From Laetmonice hystrix (Eukaryota): a stretch of DNA of 64,000 nt. Below the pieces are notes generated by a model that saw nothing but the letters and a program-made list of their open reading frames with translations, was not told where the DNA came from and made no database searches. The stretch covers positions 50,222,001 to 50,286,000 of the forward strand of contig OZ249436.1 in assembly GCA_965235115.1 (NCBI GenBank), in the 5' to 3' direction. The position numbers and the translations under genes were made by a program. Positions 11,614 to 24,210 of the stretch are shown piece by piece. Numbering within the stretch: position 1 is the first letter of the stretch; each line of letters starts with the position of its first letter.

Positions 11614-14600
11614 ATGGATCAAGATCCATCCAACTGCCATGGCTCTACCACAGAATCTCCAATATCAGAGTCTACTGTGGCAGAGCAAAGCGAGCCAGAG
11701 ACAGGAACTGAGACAAGTAGACAGATCTCCCAACCATCACCACAAAACACAGGCTCCAAAGATTCATCAACAAATAGTTTTAACCAAACTCAACCAGAGA
11801 AAACTGCCAGAGATAAAGAAGTTTGTGAGGAGGGAGGAAAGGTTTGTTCCCAAACAGAAGTCTTAGCTGTGGAAAAACCTGAAGGCTGCAGGGGAAATTT
11901 AGAAAAAACATTCACACCAAGTGCTGACGCGGACAGTACTGGAACTAGTTGGGAGACCCCAAGTGAAGTGGGGAAATACAAAGATGAGTGTGTGTCTGCA
12001 GGAGAGTCCAGCATGAAAACTCAAACAGCTAATCCTCCTGTACCACCCCAGCCACAGTACAACTGGAAGGAAATCACCACCAGCTTCATGGAAGCTTCAT
12101 CTCAGCTTAAACTTGGGGAGTTACTCCATGATGCAAAGTGAGTTAGAGACAGAGAGCAGTAATTTATACTGCTGAAAAACGTATGTTTGTAAAACTACAA
12201 TTTATATTAATCTTGCCTTGATATTTATTTAATTTTTGAGAGCCCTTTAAATGGGCTACTGGAAACCACAAAAAAACATATTCAAAGTCACAGACTATAT
12301 TTACTTTTTTTCATGTACAAATGTATTGCAATTGATTATTTTGTTCTGATGCACAGTACAAAAAGATGATCAATCAGCATCAAGTACCGGCGAATTCGAT
12401 CAGCAAGTGGTGTTTTAAATTATACTGAAAGCAGTTAGTATTTACAAAATGTCGCAGCTGTTTTTCTGTTGTTTCAGTTTTGGTTTGTTTGAAGCCATGT
12501 CTGCCATAGAAATGATGGATCCGAAGATGGATGCAGGAATGATGTGTAATCAAGCCAAGCATCCTGTACTTAATCTTGAACAAGCTATTGAGGTTTGTAG
12601 TAACACACTGGACCATTGGAAAACTTCATAAGTTCTAAGATTATAACGTTATTTGCTAAACAGAGTACGGTACATGTAGTTGTTAAAATTTAATATTCCT
12701 AGTTATGGTAGAACTTTGTCAAATTTATGCAAATCCAGCTGAAATCAAGTACATGATAGCCCTAAACATTTCCGAGAATTACCTTTATAAGGTTATAGAT
12801 TATTTAATTCACAAAAAAGCTTTTAAATACTTTTTTTGAGGTATTGTTAGTTCAGTATTTCATCTCAAATGTTCTGTTTAATAGTTTTAATTCTTTTTTA
12901 AACATCTTTCTAGGCCAATGCTATTAAAATTGATAATGTTTCCATGGAAGAGCTGATAGGCATAATCGATGACACCATGGCCTGTCTGGTAAGTGCAATG
13001 TTCCTTTGTACTTGTGGCTTTAACATTGTTATTGAGAGACTGACTTTCAAAGTTCCAGTCAGACAGCAGGGCAGTAATTGTAAAAATCATCTGTCCACAC
13101 TGCCTACTGTATGTTAGACATGTGGACAACCAAAACTCATATACAGGTGTACACACAGACAACCAAGTCCAAGCAGAAGCCTACACTGACTGTAGGTAGA
13201 ACAAGACTTAATCTTGAAGTTCCCTCTGACGAATTTTGCACCTTAGTGCTGCAGTCACAGCTAGTTAGTTAACTTAGTTTATTTGAACTCTCAAAAATCA
13301 CAATCAATACAAAAACTAACACCGAGAACAATAAGATCAGCGAGCAGAGGCTTTCTTGGATGAAAGTTCAATTAAGACTGTTGCTACAGCAACTGAGCAA
13401 GCAACCGAACTGAGTAACTTTTCACACCCTCTTACACTAAGAATTCTATTGGTGGCAATACATGGTCCAGCAACTGTGAATGGTTTTCGCCTTGCCCTCC
13501 CCCCCCCCCCCATAGGACTGCGAATGTCTTGGCCTATCGGGAGGATTAGATACCTACCCTTAAATCAATGTCCACATCTTTCCAAGCAACACTCCAGGGA
13601 TCTCCCATCATTTCCCATTTTCTACTTTTAGAGTTACATACTGGTCAGTACTTTATACATAAGGTTTTGCATAACTCCATCCACAATACCCCGATCTATA
13701 TTACTGGAGTATAATAATGTACTTTTTATTTACTTGTAGTTGACATGGCTGGAAGGTCACTCACTGGCTCAGACAGTCTTCACCAATCTGTACTTACATG
13801 ACCCGCACCGTGTTGAGGACCGCTTTCTCAAGGCTTTCTGCATCACCATCCTCAAAATTGTTGACATTGTACGGGACAGAATCAATAAGGCTTCAGTCTT
13901 TGAAGAGGTAAGCTCTCAAACCAAGAGTATCTACTGGTAGTTGAAAATGTTATCTTTCATCTACCGATAATTATCACCAGATTTTATCAGTGAAAAAAAA
14001 ATCATATTTTAAAACATGAAACTTGTGTTATTGTGTCGGAATAATGACTGAGTGGTTGTGGATTATGTTGGGTTGTAGGAGGACTTCCAACCACTGGCCT
14101 ATGGTTTTAAATTGGCGCCTGAGGTGACAGACCTCCGGGCCACTGGCATGCTGAGAGAGGTAGAGGAAGAACTCACGCGTCTCGTCAAGGTCAGTGTCAT
14201 CTGAATAGATGCCAGATCTGAAATCAGTGTTTTTATAATGTCCATTAATTTCATGATAATAATTGACTGAATGATTGATTGATCACTGGTGATAGGAGAT
14301 GTAGGTTAAATTATTTATGTTAAAATATTTGATTGAATTCTTACAGACAACAAGGAGCCGTGCTGGAGAAGAAAGGGATGCTGCCACAGAACGTGAGGTA
14401 ACCTTTGTTTCTACTCAATGCGCACATGTCATACAATATACATACATATATATTTTACCTTTATCATATACTAGCAAAGTACCCGTCCTGTGGACGGTAA
14501 TTTAAGGAGTGATGGGGGAATGGGTGAAATTTAAGCTAGAGTAAATGCAATTGATAATAATGTACATGAGATGTCATGATGTTGTTTCAGCATCAGCTGG

Positions 14601-17600
14601 CTGTCGGAGTTCATGCTCGCCTAAAGTTCTGTCGACTCTTCCTCACCACACTAATTGCTTTCAATAAAGAAAAGGTAAATTGTCATTTCATCTTCCATTA
14701 GTTCACCATGCTTATCATGTTCCATGCCAAAGTAGAAACAGAGGAAACAATTAGTATTTGATTTCATAACATTGTACCCCTCCTCCACAGATCATCCATA
14801 TTACGTTCTGTATTGTAAAACAAATTGTAATGGTATTATAAAAAAAATACAAAAAAAAACAAAAACCATAGATGATACATGTATCAGGCTACATTCTTCC
14901 TAACTCTGCCTCCAGTGTGCTGGTATCACAGACGCTCAGAAGTTCCTCGGTCAGATGTCAGAATTGCTGCCGTCCATCAGCAGCACCGTGGACTGGGGAG
15001 TGAAACCTATTGAGACTGGCGATGAAACAGCAGGTATGGTCTCTGGACCTCACGATCTCACAGCCCCGGGGGAGGGGGGGAGTGAAACCTATTGAGACTG
15101 GCGATGAAACAGCAGGTATGGTCTCTGGACCTCACGATCTCACAGCCCCGGGGGAGGGGGGGGTGAAACCTATTGAGACTGGCGATGAAACAGCAGGTAT
15201 GGGCTCTGGACCTCACGTTCTCACAGCCCCGGGGGAGGGGGGGGGGGGTGAAACCTATTGAGACTGGCAATGAAACAGCAGGTATGGGCTCTGGACCTCA
15301 CGATCTGACAGCCCCGGGGGAGGGGGGGGGTGAAACCTGTTGAGACGGGTGATGACACAGCAGGTATAGACTCGGGACCTCACGGCCCAGGGCCAGGTGA
15401 GGTGAAACCTATTGATACGGGTGATGACAGAGCAGGTATGGACTCAGGACCTTGTGTTCTCACGACCCAGGGGCGAGGGGGCGGGGAGAGGGGAGAACCT
15501 ATTGAGACCGATTAGAACATATATTATAATATCAGTTACACATTCCGCCTCCTTTTTCCCCAAGTATAAAGAGGTGTATTGAACATTATGTAATATTTCA
15601 GACTATGAGACCATTATGGGATTTGAGCCCCTCGTAAACCAACGGCTCCTTCCTCCAACTTTCCCACGGTATACCAAGATAAAGAAGAGAATTGAGACTA
15701 TCCAGTACCTGGGTGAACTGGTTGGTAGGTTGAAGATGGTCTGTTCTGTCACAGAACTTTCAGCTCTTCATTCTCTCTTGGTAAGTTCCTACCTTCTTAG
15801 TTCCTACCTCCTACCTGCTAGTTTAACTTAACGTCACTGTGATAGAAACTGAATAAAGGCAATAGATTTAAATACACGTGTAGTATGGTTGTCTTTGGTG
15901 GTCAACATGACGTATTACCGGGGGTACGTGTATACATCATTCTTAGCTATTGTCGTAATGAAAGTATGTTGAACTGTTGTAGTAATAAAATGTCTCAAGT
16001 GAAAATGAAGAAGTGATGAAAACTCATGGGTGGTCTTTTCTTGTTTCCTTGGCCAGGAATTCTTCCTAGAGTTTAGCAAGGACTCTCCATGTGTTCTGTC
16101 AAGATCACTGCTTCAGGTAATTTCCTCTACTGAATTACCCCTACTAGAAATACTTGCTTGTATCCTGTTGTTGTTAACATATTGACTTATAAAGTCTCAA
16201 CAGTCCATAGTGATCTGGTGATCTACAGTCATGAAGGTATGAAAATACATAATTAAGAATACCTAAATTATTATTTCATAAGAATATGGAAAGGAACTTT
16301 GACGGAGGTCTACCAGATGTACCTGTATACTGTCTAACTGTATTTGTTTATGTTTGTAATATTTCATGTCGATGTCCTTTCAGCTAGTCCTGCTGCCCCC
16401 GAGCCGCCGGCTATTTGGTACCCAGAATATTGTGGATATACTCCGAGATACCATACGGAACTTTATAGCCCCACCTGCTCTCATGCTCAGGTGAACGTTC
16501 ATCAAGTGTTAAATCATTCCTTGAGTTCTCAGGTCAAAGTTTGGTCAAATACTGGCACAGAGAGTTCGGGGGTGGGTTGAAGTATTCAAGACAGGTTGAG
16601 CTAATCTTAGTTGTGTAGTGTTAAGGCAAGTTATCACAGAATTTTCTCCTCCAATATTTACCAGGTAATAAACTGATGTTGCCACAGATGGCGAGGGGCC
16701 AGATAAGTCATTAATTATCACAAGGGGCAAGTGCTTCAAATCTTTTCTTCCTCTTCTTCTTCTTCCCCCTTCGGAGGGTCATGTTAATTTTGCTTCCTTG
16801 TTTTGTAGGAGTCCATTGTCCAACAACCCGCAGGTCAAAGAGTACATTGATGCTTGCCTCACACATGCAGTACGCCCAGTTTGTACCATTTTCCAAATAA
16901 CAGGACATAACCGTGCTAGACAGCGGGACAAGTGGGGCCACCTGCTGGAGGAACTGGCAAACCTCCAAGATGAGGTATGTCGAGTTGTAATACAGTTAGA
17001 ACCTATGTATTATATTTTAAAGACATTACCGGGTATTTATGCTAGGACAATATTTTTTGTCCCTTGCGACAGTAGTGATAACAAATTTGTTGTGTACATT
17101 GGGTACCAGGCAGACAAGGTGGATGCCTACCTCCACAAACTGCTGACTAAAGTGGAACCGAACCGCCAACACTTGGCATGTTTCGGTAACTGGGTTCTCT
17201 TCCATACACTTCAAGTGATGATCCACTACACACTGGCAGGATTCGAACTCGAACTCTATGCTGTCCATGAATACCACTATGTCTTCTGGTAGGTCGCTCC
17301 TTCCCTACACTAATTATGTCTCTATCAGACACAACTATTCCTTTACAACATGAATGCATACCTGCCAACCCTTCCGGATTCTGCGGAATCTTTCCGCATT
17401 TGAATGAGGTATTCCGCATTCCGCATTACTCTCTAAATATTACGGAATCATAAAATTTACAGAATAAGTATAGATTCCCTCCAAATACATGTTAAATCTC
17501 TCGCTCATGGCAGAGTTTCACTGGCAAAAAGATCGTTTATGGTCCCTGCCCTATAACTAGATCTCTAGACTAAGTTTAGTAAATCAGAGTTGTGCTTTCT

Positions 17601-19693
17601 GTCAGTAATGGAGAGGAAGAGAGAGAGATGGATAAAAGAAAGGGGGCCCATATAAGTTATTTAGAGAGAATATCAAAAGTCAATTTGGGATGATTCCGGA
17701 TTCCGTCGACCAAATGTTGGCAGGTATGTGAATGGTTTCACTGACTTAGAATTCTGAGAAAGATCATTGTCATAAGTTTCAGTTTTCACACAAGTAAAAT
17801 GAAAACATTACCTGCACCCAGGTATCTTTACGAGTGCCTCTACAACTGGTTGATATCAACATTGTCAAGGGCCGACAGCTTTCTACAGGAACAAGAGTCC
17901 ATAGCAGGTAAATTCTCAAATTGACAACTCAGTTGGTACAAACGTATGGCTGACAGACGCGCTGCAACTTTATATTTTGGGCAGTAGATAGGCAAAGATC
18001 ATCTGAATAAAATTATCAAGTACTATGGAAACAGGAAAACTCTGGCACAACTCACGAACTTGACTTTTGCCAAATCATTTTCCAATGCCAGAACAACAGC
18101 AGAAAGGAAGAGGCAGCAAGAAAAACAAGAAAAAACGAAAAGCTCGTCCACATGCCAAGGAGGTAACAATGGCGGAGGCAGCACAGAATCTGTGTGGGGG
18201 TTACTTCAAGGTAAGAGATGTCAGAACGTTGTATACCCAGCGCTAACATCTCGTCAACAATCATGTCGGCTATAAGTTCATCTTTGAATTAGCATCACTT
18301 GATAATTACCAGTAAAGGTATACAGAGACCAGGTATGGTCTTATTTTCAGGCCATTGAGGGTTGGAAGTTGGATAACAAGTTACGGCCTCCCAAGTTTGA
18401 CTTTGACAGTGAAGAGGTTCGCTACAATCACCGGTTTGCACCCTTCTGTAATGTCGGTACACCTCCACCAGTACCCTACTCCCAGTTTAAGGTGAGTGGC
18501 CCTTCATTTTTCACTTACTCCAACTTAAACCTTATCTACGTAAACCAAAATGGCATAGCTACATACTTACTCCAAAACCCTTGGAACTCAGTGTAAAATT
18601 GCCTTGCAGGAGATGACAAATATCAACAAGTACGAACCACCACCGACGGCCCCAGACTTCTATTCACTGTCATGCAAGTGCTTCTCCCAGGCTCGCATGT
18701 TGTATGAGAAAATCCCCAACCCAAGTGAAGAAGTTCAAAACCTTATCAAAGTTGCCAAAACAAATTTTGTTGTGATGAAACTTCTCTTAGGCGGACACAA
18801 AAAGGAGTCAACGGTACGGAAATATCATTGTGAATATTATAATTTTATTTGAAGCTTTTCAAAACAAACAATACAAAATGTCGCCAAATAATGTGGAAAT
18901 ATAGTAAGGGAACGAGACGTGGAAATAACATTGATGTTGTTATATTTAATAACATCGATCTAGCTATATTTAATAACATCGATCTAGTTATATTTAATAA
19001 CATCGATCTAGTTATGTTTAATAACATCGACCTAGTTATGTTTAATAACATCGATCTAGTTATGTTTAATAACATCGATCTAGTTATATTTAATAACATC
19101 GATCTAGTTATGTTTAATAACATTGATCTAGTTATGTTTAATAACATTGATCTAGTTAGTTTAATAACATTGATCTAGTTATGTTTAATAACATTGATCT
19201 AGTTATATTTAATCATTGATCTAGTTATATTTAATAACATCGATCTAGTTATATTTAATAACATTGATCTAGTTATGTTTAATAACATCGATCTAGTTAT
19301 GTTTAATAACATCGATCTAGTTATGTTTAATAACATCGATCTAGTTATATTTAATAACATCGATTTAGTTATGTTTAATAACATCGACCTAGTTATGTTT
19401 AATAACATCGATCTAGTTATGTTTAATAACATTGATCTAGTTATGTTTAATAACATTGATCTAGTTAGTTTAATAACATCAATCTAGTTATGTTTAATAA
19501 CATTGATCTAGTTATGTTTAATAACATTGATAACATAACATCTAGTTATGTAATAACATTGATCTAGTTATGTTTAATAACATTGATCTAGTTATGTTTA
19601 ATAACATTGATCTAGTTATATTTCGTCTTCCAGGAATCGCCCGAGTTTGACTTCAGTATGCATCGAGTGTTCCCAGTGATAAAGTTACCCTAA
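11614..19693 (+). CDS. NAA35: N-alpha-acetyltransferase 35, NatC auxiliary subunit (MAK10), ~848 aa; exons 11614-12137, 12478-12592, 12914-12988, 13740-13907, 14079-14189, 14347-14397, 14591-14674, 14916-15033, 15602-15780, 16057-16116, 16384-16490, 16809-16974, 17110-17288, 17822-17907, 18092-18210, 18351-18491, 18610-18813, 19634-19693
   Basis: Mak10 motifs [121 protein letters not shown]. All introns are GT-AG and the frame is continuous (2547 nt). AATAAA at 19892. Confidence 0.95.
14996..15512 (+). repeat. ~72-85-bp tandem repeat comprising the end of NAA35 exon 8 and its splice donor, ~6 copies
   Basis: gtgaaacctattgagactggcgatgaaacagcaG|GTATG recurs with donors at 15034, 15116, 15197, 15282, 15364 and 15436. 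Confidence 0.9.
17357..17728. mobile_element. Non-autonomous DNA transposon (MITE) in an NAA35 intron
   Basis: 13-bp TIRs CATACCTGCCAAC...GTTGGCAGGTATG flanked by the 6-bp direct repeat TGAATG. Confidence 0.8.
18925..19621. repeat. 24-bp minisatellite filling the last NAA35 intron
   Basis: Unit aataacatcgatctagttatgttt, ~28 copies. Confidence 0.96.
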
Positions 19694-19999
19694 TCGTACT
19701 CCAACGAAACTTTGTTAAATCTCGCCACTTTCTGGAATATTAAAACATGAAGGAATGACGTTTCAAAAAGAAGAACATTGCAGTCTTTACATGAAAGTTC
19801 GCCCGGTTTTTGCTGATTGCACAGCCTATAATGAACATATATTTACATTAACTATTTACATGTTGGATTCTGAAGAGTTGTATGCGAAAAGAATAAAAAT
19901 AAATGAAGACGTGTACGGTATTTATATGAATTATATTTTCAGTGGCCAACCCTCAGTCATGTTAGAACTAATTGTGTCAGACAGGGGTCTGTCTTACTG

Positions 20000-20228
20000 A
20001 GGGGCGAACCTTTGAACTTTGATTGGGGGGGGGGTAGGAAGATTTAGTTTCGTAGTTTGGACAGAATATTTTTTTCAAACAATTTCAGAGGCGGAAATTT
20101 TTTTTAAACATTACAATGCACCTCTATTCAATGACAAGGGCATCCAAATAATTTATTCATAAAATCTTCCTACCCCCCCCCCCCCCGACCACCACCACCA
20201 TTGCCCAAAGTTAAATGGTCGGCCCCTA
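20000..20228. mobile_element. MITE-like element
   Basis: aggggcgaacctttgaactttg...G-run / C-run...caaagttaaatggtcggcccct imperfect inverted termini. Confidence 0.55.
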
Positions 20229-22203
20229 AGGTCTGGTTTAATTTACCTGGCCGTGAATGGGAGGCATCAGATCTGGTGCGATCGTTATTGACCAGAAACT
20301 CGTGCATATCTATTGGAGTAGCAGACCATAGTATGACAAGCCCCAGAACCGCAGTTTCGTATAGTTCGCACGTCAAACTGTTTGCGCAGAAGTATATGAT
20401 GGCGTCCCTTTCCAGATATAAATAAACGGAACAGAGAGGTCTGCATATCCGGTCGCTCCGACTCGCGTCTGCCGTGACGTCATCATGTTCAAAGTACCCC
20501 GGCTCCATGTCAGGCGGCCATGTTTCTGACGTAGGTAGGCCTATATCTGCCCACAGTTTCTGACGTAGGGAGTCTAAATGTTAATTGGTTTTTCTGCCCC
20601 AGTCGTAGCCAAGGTTTTGAAGGGGCTGGCTCTTATTTAGATAAAATTGGACCTTTTTTAAGAAATGAAGCGTTCTTTGAGAAAAATAGTGGACTTTTTA
20701 GGAGAAAGTGCATGATAGCCAGGGTTTCCGTTGAATTTAGTTTTGTCCATTGAAAACTTACACCCGCCCTGCCCCCCCCCCCCCTCCTCCCGCTATATTT
20801 ATTCATGATACATGTAGATCTAGGCCTACTTACAGCGCGACACTTCGGTACTGCGGTATAGACGCACACAGGTGATAAGCGTCTATCTCGCAAACATTTA
20901 CTCGGCCCGATCCGACTCCATTCAACTTGTTCGCAGCATAGTGTGTCCGACCTAAAAATTACAACTTATGTCGGATCGGTTGGCGTACTTTGATCAGAAA
21001 TGTCACAATTAAACGTGTACTTGCCTAAAGTGCATGTAAGCGTGATTTCGAGACATTTTGATTTCACGTCTTGACGTACCATCTTCGAATACATTTTTAA
21101 GCAGTTTTTTTTTTCAAGTATGCAGATTTTGAGAAATATTTTAATTCTACCCCGAACCATGCACCGGTCGAGACGATGATTGATGTGTGGGTGGAGAACG
21201 GCTCGACGATTGCCTGGAGTCCATGCAGGAGGCCAGCGGCAGGGTGGCATTGTGTGGCACGGCGGGCTCGGACTGTTAGCACACCTGAGTCACCGACCTA
21301 TGGTAAGTACACATTGGGCGTCCGGGAACAAACAATGGTATGGTGCTCGGCTTTATTGCAGAAGTGAAATCTGTAGGTCATGGTCGTTATATACGTGCAA
21401 TATGGCAGCGCCTTGTTAGCACACGCTGTGGTGTTAAACGTGTGTTTATATCGACGTCATGCGTGCAATTATTACATCATATACATAAAGAATTTTAGCG
21501 ACAGGGTCATGTAGTAAGTAAGTAAATTTTTATTTACGTGACTTGTATACATCAGTTAAACAACTTTAGCCTATATACCCAGCCCGGCATATATGCCGAA
21601 AAATAGGCCTACACATTGTAAATGTTACCGTTCACCTACTGAGTAATTCGTGATCGAGGTTAATCTTGTTAACCCCTTCTCCCCTAACAAAATAATAAAA
21701 TAAATGGTCTCGTTGAAAAAAAACAAGTCGGAGTGAAAAAAAGTTGATGCAGAGAAGATAAAGCCAGGATTCCATGTGCCCGTAGTGCGTATTGCGTATA
21801 TAGTGCCAGTGGTAGATCGGGGGGGGGGGCACCCGGCCCGGGCCCATCCTATTTTCCAAAATCTTGCCTATTTTCTATGTTTCATGCTTAAAAGTAATGT
21901 AATTTCGTTAAAGAATTTGGGAGAAATTTCTACTCTACATGTTCAGAAAACATGTTTCCGACGTTCCTGAAAAATAAATTCTGATGAATACGCATTATGC
22001 ACTATGCACTACGCATCACGCCCACACTACGTATACACATGGATTCCTTTATGGGCTTTTTGGGGAGGAACTGACAACTGATTACATGCGTGGTGGGGAT
22101 GACCCTTCCCAACGTCAGGTTATTCACGTATTTATCACCCTTAGCAGTTGTGTAATAGGAAACCGCGTCGATGTATAGACTCGCTGTCTCGGAAATCAAA
22201 TAG

Positions 22204-22480
22204 TTAAAGGGAGGGAAAACCCAGACGGCAAATAAGATTTCGTAGACCACATGAAACACCAGCATTTACCTCAGGGCAATAAATACCACAGTTACGTTGT
22301 TTGAATTAAGTAATTAACGTGTAAACGCCCGATGTGTGATGCCGCTGGTTCCTGCATGTGTGTTCATCACCTCGGACGTTTACAAACGTTGGGACTCCCT
22401 GCCGTTGCCCTGAGGTAAATGCTGGTATTTCATTTGGTCTACGAAACCTTATTTGCCGTGGGTGTTGTCCCTCCCTTGAA
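22204..22480. mobile_element. TTAA-flanked (Kolobok-like) non-autonomous element, copy 1 (internally deleted)
   Basis: TTAA|AGGGAGGG...CCCTCCCT|TGAA, long TIR family shared with 29865 and 49502-50436. Confidence 0.7.
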
Positions 22481-23768
22481 GTCGGCGACTCGGCGTGGCG
22501 TCTCCTGCGTGGGCTAAATTTGTAGGCCAAGCGTTGCTTTGATGTTGAAGTTGACAACGAATTTCGTAAATTTTCTGACGAAATTTTTAAGAAGCGATTT
22601 CTTATTGGGAGTTTTTGCTGAAGATGATTGGTATCCGATTGATGATAGATCTATTCATGACCGACATTTATGACGGACGAGTGCGCGAGTCCCCGACCAG
22701 CGGACCAGTATGTTAGCCCATCGGCCGCCCGCCCTGTGGAGGCTCCTTGACTTGGTTAACATATTGTAAAACTCGCCCCGTTCACCCATGAGACTTGTTA
22801 GCTCGGTAAACAAAGCTATCGTCACAATAATGGCAAATCGGCGTACCCCGATCACCATGGTAGACCTACCGTCTGCTGGCATATGGAAGGAAACTGTGGG
22901 AATTATAAAATGACAGTACAGATGGGGCATAATTATTGCGGGGGCAGGGAGACGAGGGACGAAGAAAAGATTTTTCTCTGTTCTTTAATTAGGTCTAATT
23001 GCTTAGCCTACTAGTAGGCAGGCACGGCAGAGCAGGGGGTTGGTATAGCCGTTGAATAGGCCTATATGCGAACAGTGGCGTTACCCGGGGGGAGGGGGGG
23101 GGGCTTGGGGGTGCCCCTCCCAATTTGCAGCGCCTACGACGTTGGTTATTTCGGAACCCTCTGGGTCCAGTTTCTGGGCACGCCACTGCTATACTCTACC
23201 GTCACATTCGCGCCCATTTGCTGAAACAACGCTCACAGATCCTGCATCCTGCACGGGACCCTGGGCAGGGGACCAGGCACTGCTTGCCGAACGAGGCCTA
23301 TTTCTTTTGAGAAGCTATATAGCGGATTTCCCGGTGACACTCGCCGAACCGGTGGTTAATCCAAAGACAAACACCCAGCGTAAGTTTAAATAAAGAAATA
23401 TCACTGCTTGACGCCCCTCTTCGATAGGCCGATGCCTACTTTATGACACTGGTGCAGTAAGCTAACGAGTGAGGTGGCGCGCATGTTCCTATTTGGGCCG
23501 TGAGTGATATGTAATCGGTGAGACTGCTTTCCCCGAACGAACGAAGATTGCGAGACTTTTAGACAATGATTTTTGGTTTTAGCGCCACGGGATTAATATC
23601 ACAGCTATTAAGCTGAAACTTTAACATACAAGGAATAATATCATGAAGTAAGAGAAATTTTATGGAATTATAATGCATAGTTTTTGAAATATTAAAGTTC
23701 GAAGTTCGTGGCGTTTTTTTTTTTATCCACCCGATATAATATAACCCTAAACCCAACCTTAACTCTGA

Positions 23769-23969
23769 AGCTGTATCCTCACTGGACGCGTGCGACGCGA
23801 GCGACGCGCGCGTTTATTTTAGAAGTAATGGAAATGAATGGAGCCATCTGCACTGGCCGCGCGCGACGCCCGCGACATTTTTTGTGACGCGCTCCATTCA
23901 TTTCCATTACTTCTTTAAAAAAAACCGCGCGCGTCGCTCGCGTCGCGCGCGTCCAGTGAGGATACAGCT
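23769..23969. mobile_element. Near-perfect palindromic MITE, PIF/Harbinger-like
   Basis: AGCTGTATCCTCACTGGACGCG...CGCGTCCAGTGAGGATACAGCT with ~80-bp arms, flanked by TGA/TTA. Confidence 0.75.
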
Positions 23970-24110
23970 TTACCCACCTCTGTCGCACCATGGGCTGTCG
24001 ACGGCCCCCTGAAGTTAGCTCCCTATTTGCCCCATGTTCCCCTGCCATTGCCTACTGCCAACTTGTGAACCCTCGGACTAGTGGACCCCCGGACTAGTAG
24101 GTAGTTCCCC

Positions 24111-24210
24111 AGCTGGATGTGTCCGGTAATCTGGATATGTCCGCAAATGTCAGCTAGATATGTCCGGTAATTCGGATATGTCCGCAAATGTCAGCTAGAT
24201 GTGTCCGGTA
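24111..24210. repeat. Short tandem repeat (gga(t/c)atgtccg motifs)
   Basis: gctagatatgtccggtaattcggatatgtccgcaaatgtca repeated ~2.5 times. Confidence 0.7.

Noticed and set aside
18845..19487. ORFs MLLNITRS / FNNIDLVM repeats
   Set aside because: Translation artefacts of a 24-bp intronic minisatellite.
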